From: Hormiphora californensis
Taxonomy: Eukaryota; Animalia; Ctenophora
DNA length: 64,000 nt
Direction of reading: 5' to 3'
Assembly (NCBI GenBank): GCA_020137815.1
Contig: CM035350.1
Location: 8,122,001-8,186,000, forward strand
Shown: positions 1-25,600 of the stretch, in pieces
Numbering within the stretch: the first letter of the stretch is position 1
How the letters are laid out: every line of letters starts with the position of its first letter
Translations under genes and position numbers: made by a program
The notes under the pieces: model-generated
What the model was told of the DNA's origin: nothing
Database searches by the model: none
What the model saw: only the letters and a program-made list of their open reading frames with translations

Positions 1-660
1 AAAAAAAAAAAAAAAAAAAAAAAAAAAACAACAAAAAAAACAACATAAAAAACAAAAAAAAATCCCCTACCTACCCCCCCCCCTCCTTGGTGGTGTCTCA
101 ACCTATGATTCTGGGCGTCTGTTAGTTCCACTAAATGTTCTGATTCATAGTTTTGTCCTTAGTCTTGTCCTTAGTCCTGTCTGTTGGTCTGCTGTTTTAC
201 TGTCGATCTACTACCCATCGGTTTTTCCTTTCACTGTCAGTGCTGTTGTCCTTTCCACTGTGAGTAGTACCCAATCTAGGCTTGAGACACTAGCCGTCAA
301 CCTTGGGAGCAAATAACCCTCCCGAGGAATATACCTCCTCAGAAAACGTGTTGCCGATATTCACGTCCATGCCTGATCAATCACCCATAAGAAAATCACC
401 TCCTAATCTCACCATACGCCGAAGATAAAGGACCGCTCTAGGAGCAGGCATCTGGTTGCAGTCACTGTTTTTCGGAAAGGCGGACCATTTGCATATTACA
501 AACTGTGTCAGAGCGGGATATAAACTGTTACTATTATTATTATTTATTATTTATCTTGGACCGGGTTCGCTGTCGGAGGCTCTTGAAATTTATTATGGTT
601 CACTATCACAGCTTAGATCCATACAGCAGATGATCCACACGTTCTGAGCTGTGATTGGTC

Positions 661-753
661 GGCCTGACCTGAATGTGCTCGACCTGAACATTTCCGAATG
701 TGCTCGATGAGCACACTCGGATATGTTCAGGTCGAGCACATTCAGGTCAGGCC
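661..753. repeat. Short imperfect palindrome (MITE-like hairpin)
   Basis: GGCCTGACCTGAATGTGCTCGACCTGAACAT ... ATGTTCAGGTCGAGCACATTCAGGTCAGGCC are reverse complements; no convincing TSD seen. Confidence 0.7.
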
Positions 754-1500
754 TCATATGGTATGCGTTGGAGTCCCCACTGCCGTCTGCCACACTTGTT
801 TTTGACGGCCACTGATCATGATAAATGGGACTGCAACGTATGCCAACACCTGTCTTTTATTTGGCCATATCCAGTACGCAACAACATGGCCAATTTTAGT
901 AAACTTGTGGTACTGGCTCAGCATTTAAACTTAAAAGCGGTCATGATGAAGGGTGTCTGATAGATAATCGATAGCATTACTCTATAACCCCAAACATAGC
1001 CTAGTCAGTCCCTATCCCGACAGTCGACCGCCAAAAATCAATATCAATAAACTGTGAACAGCTCGTGAGACACCAAGATTTAAACTTTTTCCTTATGAAC
1101 CACTTGTCGCTGATAAAGCTTATGCTATGGAGTAGCTGAATAACAGCGATAACACAAATTTAAAGATTTAGCTATAATATTTTCCTCTACTTAGCAAATC
1201 GCCATCCGACGAACGCTGTGTATTTTATATTAGCAGTCAAATTGTTCTTGTTATTTCCCATTATGTGTACCTTTTTCTTCTTGGAGGCCGTCTCCATTGG
1301 TTGAGATTAAGGGTTGGAACTATAGAGTTTCCTTTCCCCAGCCTGGTATCATTATGTGTACCTTTGCGGTGCTATTTAATTCTTCTCCTCTGCCCGATTC
1401 TTGAGACATGTTTTCAGATGCTTTGCAGTTTGTACCAAATTAACGTTTAAACACGGTAATATCATAGTTTATACACATCTATAATTGAACGATATTATAG

Positions 1501-15431
<13,931 letters not shown>

Positions 15432-16633
15432 CGTGATGCTTGTTTTCTTTGTTTTGTGTGAGTTGTTGAGTAACAATGCGTCAGGAGGGGGATGATGATA
15501 AATTATTTTATTGCTAAGATGGGTGAATTGGTATATTGTTTAGACACTGACAGTAGCTGTAGAGAGGAAGATGTGATTCGATCGTGAGAGAGAGAGAGAG
15601 AGAGAGAGAAAGGAGTGTGTTTGTTTGTTTCGTGTCATATTTGTTTCTGTCAGCGCATGTCTGCCTAGTGTGTTCTATGTTTGAGTGCGAGTGTTTCACA
15701 ATTTGGTATGATCTCTCCAAAACTCGAGTCACACCAGACAATATTATGTTCTTTTTGTTTTTCAAAATGTTCTATAAAAATTACATGTTATTGACCCCTG
15801 TTGAAAGAACTCTATTATTTGGTACCCAATCACTACCCCTGTTGAAAGAACTCTATTATTTGGTACCCAATCACTGATATAGTCAAGGCAGCACACCCTT
15901 ATTAACCCTACCACCATGATAGCTGGTAACGATGGTTACCCGAGGCAGTGTTGTTGAGAGGGTACGTATACAACCATGATGGTCAAACGTAGTCATATTA
16001 CGGGTACTCTTATGTGGGGGGTAATTAAAGCTCTGCATTACTTCTCTTGTCGCATGTGTATTAGCTTGTGCTGTTCCATCATATACGGTATAATGGAAGC
16101 TGCACACTTACAATGTACTGGTACATCCTTGCTTTTCGTAAGTTATATTGTAAGATGTAAGTTACACTCTATCTGAATCTCCCTCTCCTTATGATCTGTT
16201 ATAGTAGCAGAAATCTCTTTTGTTGTTTCTGGTGTATACTGGTGTAGTACTAGGTGTAGTACTAGGTGTATACTGGTGTAGTACTAGGTACCTAGCCAGG
16301 AGAAGCGGTCTGAGTTGTGTCCAACAGCTAAATTATCTGTGTGTGCTAAGTTTACACACAGTACCTGCCTGTTATAACAATCAGATCGCATCTCGAGCCA
16401 GCTTATCGTGTTTAAATAGTCACTTATCTTGCAATGGTGATGATCACGTACAGTCTTTCTAAGATCTGCAGCTCTCTACTAAGCCCACCCTACCAGCCCG
16501 CCGAGTCAGCTGCTTATGCTCTGAGAGTCCCCGGCCCTATTGGTGTTGTTTCTTGAGGTGCGAGCAGGGAGGCGCGACGTGCCCAATGTTGTTTCTGGCA
16601 TTTTGAATTGTGAGGGAAGGAAATACAAACATC

Positions 16634-19600
16634 ATGAATTGTACTTGGGGGACGTGAAGAGTCATTTATAGGCCGAGCTAGGAAGTACCGACCTTGTACA
16701 CACATGTTGTTGAGTATAAACTCAACAACACATACATGCATCTTGATCTTTGTTATTGTATAATACATACTTCAACTTGTAGTTCAAGTTGTACGTGTCA
16801 CTGCTTATACAGTTAGTCTAAAGCTTGGTCGGACATGGGATGCATTAACTTGCGCCAGAGAAGTTTTACAGATCCTTCACCTGTGATTTGACCTCTTAGA
16901 TATAATATCATTCTCAGCCCCCTCCAGGTCCCCCTTGCAGCTATGTTCCCCCTGCTAATCCCTATTCCCTCCAGGTCCCCCTTGCAGCTATGTTGTTCCC
17001 TGCTAATCCCTCCACCCCTCCAGGTCCCCCTTGCAGCTATGTTCCCCCTGCTAATCCCTCCACCCCTCCAGGTCCCCCTTGCAGCTATGTTGTTCCCTGC
17101 TAATCCCTATTCCCTCCAGGTCCCCCTTGCAGCTATGTTGTTCCCTGCTAATCCCTATTCCCTCCAGGTCCTCCTTGCAGCTATGTTGTTCCCAGCTAAT
17201 CCCTATTCCCGCCAGTTCCCCCTTGCAGCTATGTTGTTCCCAGCTAATCCATATTCCCTCCAGGTCCCCCTTGCAGCTATGTTGTTCCCTGCTAATCCCT
17301 CCACCCCTCCAGGTCCCCCTTGCAGCTATGTTGTTCCCTGCTAATCCCTATTCCCTCCAGGTCCCCCTTGCAGCTATGTTGTTCCCTGCTAATCCCTCCA
17401 CCCCTCCAGGTCCCCCTTGCAGCTATGTTGTTCCCTGCTAATCCCTCCACCCCTCCAGGTCCCCCTTGCAGCTATGTTCCCCCTGCTAATCCCTCCACCT
17501 CTCCAGGTCACCCTTGCAGCTATGTTCCCCCTGCTAATCCCTCCACCTCTCCAGGTCCCCCTTGCAGCTATGTTCCCCCTGCTAATCCCTCCACCCCTCC
17601 AGGTCCCCCTTGCAGCTATGTTCCCCCTGCTAATCCCTCCACCTCTCCAGGTCCCCCTTGCAGCTATGTTCCCCCTGCTAATCCCTATTCCCTCCAGGTC
17701 CCCCTTGCAGCTATGTTGTTCCCTGCTAATCCCTCCAGGTCCCCCTTGCAGCTATGTTCCCCCTGCTAATCCCTCCACCCCTCCAGGTCCCCCTTGCAGC
17801 TATGTTCCCCCAGCTAATCCCTCCACCCCTCCAGGTCCTCCTTGCAGCTATGTTGTTCCCTGCTAATCCCTCCACCCCTCCAGGTCCCCCTTGCAGCTAT
17901 GTTCCCCCTGCTAATCCCTCCACCTCTCCAGGTCCCCCTTGAAGCTATGTTCCCCCTGCTAATCCCTCCACCCCTCCAGGTTCCCCTTGCAGCCATGTTC
18001 CCCCTGCTATTCCCTCCAGGTCCCCCTTGCAGCTATGTTGTTCCCTGCTAATCCCTCCACCCCTCCAGGTCCCCCTTGCAGCTATATTCCCCCAGCTAAT
18101 CCCTATTCCCTCCAGGTCCCCCTTGCAGCTATGTTGTTCCCTGCTAATCCCTCCACCCCCCCCCCAGGTCCTCCTTGCAGCTATGTTGTTCCCTGCTAAT
18201 CCCTCCACCCCTCCAGGTCCCCCTTTCAGCTATGTTCTCCTGCTAATCCCTATTCCCTCCAGGTCCCCCTTGCAGCTATGTTGTTCCCAGCTAATCCCTC
18301 CACGACCCAGGTCCCCCTTGCAGCTATGTTGTTCCCAGCTAATTTCCCTCCACCCCTCCAGGTCCCCCTTGCAGCTATGTTCCCCCTGCTAATCCCTCCA
18401 GGTCCCCCTTGCAGCTATGTTGTTCCCTGCTAATCCCTATTCCCTCCAGGTCCCCCTTGCAGCTATGTTGTTCCCAGCTAATCCCTATTCCCGCCAGTTC
18501 CCCCTTGCAGCTATGTTGTTCCCAGCTAATCCATATTCCCTCCAGGTCCCCCTTGCAGCTATGTTGTTCCCTGCTAATCCCTCCACCCCTCCAGGTCCCC
18601 CTTGCAGCTATGTTGTTCCCTGCTAATCCCTATTCCCTCCAGGTCCCCCTTGCAGCTATGTTGTTCCCTGCTAATCCCTCCACCCCTCCAGGTCCCCCTT
18701 GCAGCTATGTTGTTCCCTGCTAATCCCTCCACCCCTCCAGGTCCCCCTTGCAGCTATGTTCCCCCTGCTAATCCCTCCACCTCTCCAGGTCACCCTTGCA
18801 GCTATGTTCCCCCTGCTAATCCCTCCACCTCTCCAGGTCCCCCTTGCAGCTATGTTCCCCCTGCTAATCCCTCCACCCCTCCAGGTCCCCCTTGCAGCTA
18901 TGTTCCCCCTGCTAATCCCTCCACCTCTCCAGGTCCCCCTTGCAGCTATGTTCCCCCTGCTAATCCCTATTCCCTCCAGGTCCCCCTTGCAGCTATGTTG
19001 TTCCCTGCTAATCCCTCCAGGTCCCCCTTGCAGCTATGTTCCCCCTGCTAATCCCTCCACCCCTCCAGGTCCCCCTTGCAGCTATGTTCCCCCAGCTAAT
19101 CCCTCCACCCCTCCAGGTCCTCCTTGCAGCTATGTTGTTCCCTGCTAATCCCTCCACCCCTCCAGGTCCCCCTTGCAGCTATGTTCCCCCTGCTAATCCC
19201 TCCACCTCTCCAGGTCCCCCTTGAAGCTATGTTCCCCCTGCTAATCCCTCCACCCCTCCAGGTTCCCCTTGCAGCCATGTTCCCCCTGCTATTCCCTCCA
19301 GGTCCCCCTTGCAGCTATGTTGTTCCCTGCTAATCCCTCCACCCCTCCAGGTCCCCCTTGCAGCTATATTCCCCCAGCTAATCCCTATTCCCTCCAGGTC
19401 CCCCTTGCAGCTATGTTGTTCCCTGCTAATCCCTCCACCCCCCCCCCCAGGTCCTCCTTGCAGCTATGTTGTTCCCTGCTAATCCCTCCACCCCTCCAGG
19501 TCCCCCTTTCAGCTATGTTCTCCTGCTAATCCCTATTCCCTCCAGGTCCCCCTTGCAGCTATGTTGTTCCCAGCTAATCCCTCCACGACCCAGGTCCCCC

Positions 19601-22600
19601 TTGCAGCTATGTTGTTCCCAGCTAATTTCCCTCCACCCCTCCAGGTCCCCCTTGCAGCTATGTTCCCCCTGCTAATCCCTCCAGGTCCCCCTTGCAGCTA
19701 TGTTGTTCCCTGCTAATCCCTATTCCCTCCAGGTCCCCCTTGCAGCTATGTTGTTCCCTGCTAATCCCTCCAGGTCCCCCTTGCAGCTATGTTGTTCCCT
19801 GCTAATCCCTATTCCCTCCAGGTCCCCCTTACAGCTATGTTGTTCCCCCAGCTAATCCCTCCAGGTCCCCCTTGCAGCTATGTTCCCCCTGCTAATCCCT
19901 ATTCCCTCCAGGTCCCCCTTGCAGCTATGTTGTTCCCTGCTAATCCCTATTCCCTCCAGGTCCCCCTTGCAGCTATGTTGTTCCCTGCTAATCCCTCCAC
20001 CCCTCCAGGTCCCCCTTGCAGCTATGTTCCCCCTACTAATCCCTATTCCCTCCAGGTCCTCCTTGCAGCTATGTTGTTCCCTGCTAATCCCTCCACCCCT
20101 CCAGGTCCCCCTTGCAGCTATATTCCCCCAGCTAATCCCTATTCCCTCCAGGTCCCCCTTGCAGCTATGCTGTTCCCTGCTAATCCCTATTCCCTCCAGG
20201 TCCTCCTTGCAGCTATGTTGTTCCCTGCTAATCCCTATTCCCTCCAGGTCCCCCTTGCAGCTATGTTCCCCCTGCTAATCCCTCCACCCCTCCAGGTCCC
20301 CCTTGCAGCTATGTTCCCCCTGCTAATCCCTCCACCCCTCCAGGTCCCCCTTGCAGCTATGTTCCCCCTGCTAATCCCTCCACCCCTCCAGGTCCCCCTT
20401 GCAGCTATGTTCCCCCTGCTAATCCCTCCACCCCTCCAGGTCCCCCTTTCAGCTATGTTCCCCCTGCTAATCCCTATTCCCTCCAGGTCCCCCTTTCAGC
20501 TATGTTCCCCCTGCTAATCCCTCCACCCCTCCAGGTCCCCCTTGCAGCTATGTTGTTCCCTGCTAATCCCTATTCCCTCCAGGTCCCCCTTTCAGCAATG
20601 TTGTTCCCTGCTAATCCCTCCACCCCTCCAGGTCCCCCTTGCAGCTATGTTGTTCCCTGCTAATCCCTCCACGACACAGGTCCTCCTTGCAGCTATGTTG
20701 TTCCCTGCTAAGATCCCTCCACCCCTCCAGGTCCCCCTTTCAGCAATGTTGTTCCCTGCTAATCCCTCCACGACCCAGGTCCTCCTTGCAGCTATGTTGT
20801 TCCCTGCTAAGATCCCTCCACCCCTCCAGGTCCCCCTTGCAGCTATGTTGTTCCCTGCTAAGATCCCTCCACCCCTCCAGGTCCCCCTTGCAGCTATGTT
20901 GTTCCCTGCTAAGATCCCTCCACCCCTCCAGGTCCCCCTTACAACTATGTTCCCCCTGCTAATCCCTCCACCCCTCCAGGTCCCCCTTTCAGCTATGTTG
21001 TTCCCTGCTAATCCCTCCACCCCTCCAGGTCCTCCTTGCAGCTATGTTCCCCCTGCTAATCCCTCCAGGTCCTCCTTGCAGCTATGTTCCCCCTGCTAAT
21101 CCCTCCACCCCTCCAGGTCCCCCTTGCAGCTATGTTCCCCCTGCTAATCCCTCCATCCCTCCAGGTCCCCCTTGCAGCTATATTCTCCCAGCTAATCCCT
21201 CCACCCCTCCAGGTCCCCCTTGCAGCTATGTTGTTCCCTGCTAATCCCTCCACCCCTCCAGGTCCCCCTTACAGCCATGTTGTTCCCCCAGCTAATCCCT
21301 ATTCCCTCCAGGTCCCCCTTTCAGCTATGTTCCCCCTACTCAGGATTGTATTCCTGGTCCTGTTGCCCACGAGTAAAGCTGCCATGGAGGCGTGTGGTAG
21401 TTCGGGGGTGAAGTGTGTAGCCCTCCCTAGCTCCTGTACCACTTCCTATGACTGTAATTACCTTCTGAAATACAAGGCTGCATCAGACTCCACTACACAG
21501 GTATTATGCTCTGATATCTGGGGGCACCGACCTAATCTGAGGGGTCTGTTGGGTAGTAAGGTTGTGCTGCTGCACTGTCTGGCGGCGCTCAGATGGGGTC
21601 CGCGGCGTCAGATAGCTGCGGTAGTGCAGTACCTCTGCACGATTGTTTCATGCTTGTTAACCAACTTAACTTAACACCTAACCCCCCCCCCCTCCAGATG
21701 GAGATCTCAGGGAAGACGTCCTACTACAATATAGACAGTTACACAGACTACTGGTTAACGTTCTCTCACACCACCGCCACCTCGGGAATGGGAGGACTGA
21801 GCATTCTGGCATGTGTGAAGAGTGGCACCTCCTACTCCCTCAAATCTACAACTGGATACGGCTGGGGTGTCAACTCGTGAGTACCAGTCTAATGTTTGCA
21901 GTGATCCTCTAAGATATTTCTTGGTCCCATAGCGCGAACACACACAGAGGCTGTCTGGCGGCGCTGACCTGAGTGCACTTTCGAGAATCAAAAAGAGGTC
22001 TGGCAACGCCAGACAGCATGTAGAGGCGAGTGTCATACCCAAGAAGGATTCTAACAACTGCACAAGCGTTGCTATTAACCCGTCTTTATTTCAGATTGAC
22101 GAGTGAAGATACGGTGGGTGGATTGACGGCAACGCTTGTTGATGGAGTCATGACCTGCTCCTTCACAATCAACAACTCCCTTCTACCATCAACATCACAA
22201 AGACTTGTATACGGCATGGGTGAGTCATATCTTAGTTAATAGAAGGGCCCCAAAAGTTCCTAATTTCGTTGTAATTTATCAGATTCTGATTAGGATATGC
22301 ATATAGGACTATACTATAGGTAAGGTTAAATTCAGTAACTTGTAGATTGTATTTGGTAACATGGTCATAAATGTTATATTCAGTGAAATCAATTATACCT
22401 GTGCTGAATTCACAAGAGCAGTAGGCAGGTTGACCACCGATACTATTACGGTCACAGTCAAGGTCAACCCATTGATGATTAGCATGATTAAGATGATTAT
22501 TCCAAATCTGGACACATCTTTCACTAACTATATTAGGTTCCGTATTGCCCCAGTTTTCCCAGGTCATCGGTGTCCCATCGGGCCAGAACCACGGACCATT

Positions 22601-25600
22601 CCTATTATCATCGGTTGTGTCGTATAGCCCTATAGAGAAAGAAGTATATCAGTTTATGAACCAGACTAATTCACCTTGGTACAGAAGCTGCGTCTGTTTT
22701 TTCAATTGGCAAGTTTCAAAAGCACAAACCTATCCATGTGATCTTGACATCATGGTGCTGCATCTGCCACACCAGCTGGGTATTTTCCGCCATGTTCAGT
22801 ATTATTGGTAGACAACCACCTTTCTCTGAACAGAACGTTGTACACTCCTGCTGTATGCCCGTCTTTTCAGGAAACAATACAAATAGTTTCCCACCTTCTA
22901 AAGGTATAACGTTTGTTAGAGTTCGATAAACTGAGGGGTTCCTGTCTGTTTTGTTCAAACTCTTTTATTTTATTTTATAATAACAGTCTAACTTGGCAAG
23001 TTCCTGTCATGCCAGGCCCTTACTCAACAAGTCAGGCCAATGCTCTGACAGATGTAGTTGTGCACTAATATGAGCAGTTTATGATTATTTCTTACTTACC
23101 ACTGGTGCTAGAAGTACCGGTAGTCACACTACCAGCGCCAACAATTACCAATAGTTTTAGAAGTAGGTAAATCATATTGAGACAACAAACAACTTGATAG
23201 ATACTTGAGAGTAAAACAATTATAGAAGTTATAGGTTGAAACTTTAAAAGAGAGCTGATAAGATCATGTTGAAGTTTATTGGAGTCGCCCTTAGCAACAA
23301 GAAACTTTAGCATTGTCCACGTGTGGTGTATAACTTGATAAGTTCATAATCATTCTGAACTTATCAAGTTAGACACCACACGTGGACAATGCTAAAGTTT
23401 CTTGTTGCTAAGGGCGACTCCAATAAACTTCAACATGATCTGAGAATGTGGGAGATGGACAGCAAGTCTGAAAAACACGTGTATCAGCAATTACAGTGCC
23501 ATCAAACGAACACATCTAGCCATGACACAGTGGTGGGGCACAGTTTTAAACTATCAGTTTAGCCTATCATTACTGGGCACAGTTTAGCCTCTCAGGATTA
23601 ACATGTGAAACTTCATACTTCGACTATTCTATACCCTCATTCAAGGTTACTGGTGGTGTTTCTGGTTCCTGGTGGTGTTTCTGATTCCTGGTGGTGTTTC
23701 TGGTTCCTGGTGGTGTTTCTGGTTCCTGGTGGTGTTTCTGGTTCCTGGTGGTGTTTCTGGTTCCTGGTGGTGTTTCTGGTTACTGGTGGTGTTTCTGGTT
23801 CCTGGTGGTGTTTCTGATTCCTGGTGGTGTTTCTGGTTCCTGGTGGTGTTTCTGGTTCCTGGTGGTGTTTCTGGTTCCTGGTGGTGTTTCTGGTTACTGG
23901 TGGTGTTTCTGGTTCCTGGTGGTGTTTCTGGTTCCTGGTGGTGTTTCTGGTTCCTGGTGGTGTTTCTGGTTACTGGTGGTGTTTCTGGTTACTGGTGGTG
24001 TTTCTGGTTCCTGGTGGTGTTTCTGGTTCAGCTGGTGGTGTTTCTGGTTACTGGTGGTGTTTCTGGTTCCTGGTGGTGTTTCTGGTTCCTGGTGGTGTTT
24101 CTGGTTCCTGGTGGTGTTTCTGGTTCCTGGTGGTGTTTCTGGTTACTGGGGGTGTTTCTGGTTCCTGGTGGTGTTTCTGGTTCCTGGTGGTGTTTCTGGT
24201 TCCTGGTGGTGTTTCTGGTTCCTGGTGGTGTTTCTGGTTCCTGGTGGTGTTTCTGGTTACTGGTGGTGTTTCTGGTTACTGGTGGTGTTTCTGGTTCCTG
24301 GTGGTGTTTCTGGTTCCTGGTGGTGTTTCTGGTTCCTGGTGGTGTTTCTGGTTCCTGGTGGTGTTTCTGGTTCCTGGTGGTGTTTCTGGTTACTGGTGGT
24401 GTTAAACTATCAGTTTAGCCTATCATTACTGGGCACAGTGGTGGGGCACAGTTATAAACTATCAGTTTAGACTTTAGCCTATCATTACTGGGCACAGTTT
24501 AGCCTCTGATCAGGATTAACATGTGAAACTTCATACTTCGACTATTCTATACCCTCATTCAAGGTTACTGCAGTGGTGTTCCTGGTGGTGGTGTTTCTGG
24601 TTACTGGTGGTGTTTCTGGTTACTGCAGTGGTGTTTCTGGTTCCTGGTGGTGTTTCTGGTTCCTGGTGGTGTTTCTGGTTCCTGGTGGTGTTTCTGGTTC
24701 CTGGTGGTGTTTCTGGTTACTGGTGGTGTTTCTGGTTCCTGGTGGTGTTTCTGGTTACTGGTGGTGTTTCTGGTTACTGGTGGTGTTTCTGGTTCCTGGT
24801 GGTGTTTCTGGTTCCTGGTGGTGTTTCTGGTTCCTGGTGGTGTTTCTGGTTACTGGTGGTGTTTCTGGTTCCTGGTGGTGTTTCTGGTTACTGGTGGTGT
24901 TTCTGGTTCCTGGTGGTGTTTCTGGTTCCTGGTGGTGTTTCTGGTTCCTGGTGGTGTTTCTGGTTCCTGGTGGTGTTTCTGGTTCCTGGTGGTGTTTCTG
25001 GTTCCTGGTGGTGTTTCTGGTTACTGGTGGTGTTTCTGGTTACTGATGGTGTTTCTGGTTCCTGGTGGTGTTTCTGGTTCCTGGTGGTGTTTCTGGTTCC
25101 TGGTGGTGTTTCTGGTTCCTGGTGGTGTTTCTGGTTCCTGGTGGTGTTTCTGGTTCCTGGTGGTGTTTCTGGTTCCTGGTGGTGTTTCTGGTTCCTGGTG
25201 GTGTTTCTGGTTACTGATGGTGTTTCTGGTTCCTGGTGGTGTTTCTGGTTCCTGGTGGTGTTTCTGGTTACTGGTGGTGTTTCTGGTTACTGGTGGTGTT
25301 TCTGGTTCCTGGTGGTGTTTCTGGTTCCTGGTGGTGTTTCTGGTTACTGGTGGTGTTTCTGGTTCCTGGTGGTATTTCTGGTTACTGGTGGTGTTTCTGG
25401 TTCCTGGTGGTGTTTCGTGTACCCCGGCTAGGAAGTGTGTTTCTTGCATCTAAAGCACATGGAATTTGGTAAAACGTTTTTTAGACAACTTATATGAAAA
25501 TTCTAAAGTTTCATGATGATCGATGGTTCGGTTCGGTTTCCAAATTCCAAATAAACTGGCATGATCGGCCCAGAAAAGGCTCAAAACAGCAAAAATTGAC

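Noticed and set aside
1-62. A-rich run at the window start
   Set aside because: Truncated by the window edge; cannot distinguish a retroelement tail from low-complexity sequence.
16943-21253. Many Pro/Leu-rich ORFs (PPGPPCSY, QVPLAAM)
   Set aside because: Translations of the 48-bp minisatellite; unit lengths vary and shift frame, and there is no collagen Gly-X-Y periodicity.
23526-23545. CACAGTG (RSS heptamer / Transib-like end) before the 19-bp arrays
   Set aside because: No nonamer at 12/23 spacing, and no matching inverted end or 5-bp TSD was found.
23605-25472. Long Trp/Phe/Val-rich ORFs up to 302 aa
   Set aside because: A stop-free 19-bp repeat read in all frames, inside a transposon remnant.
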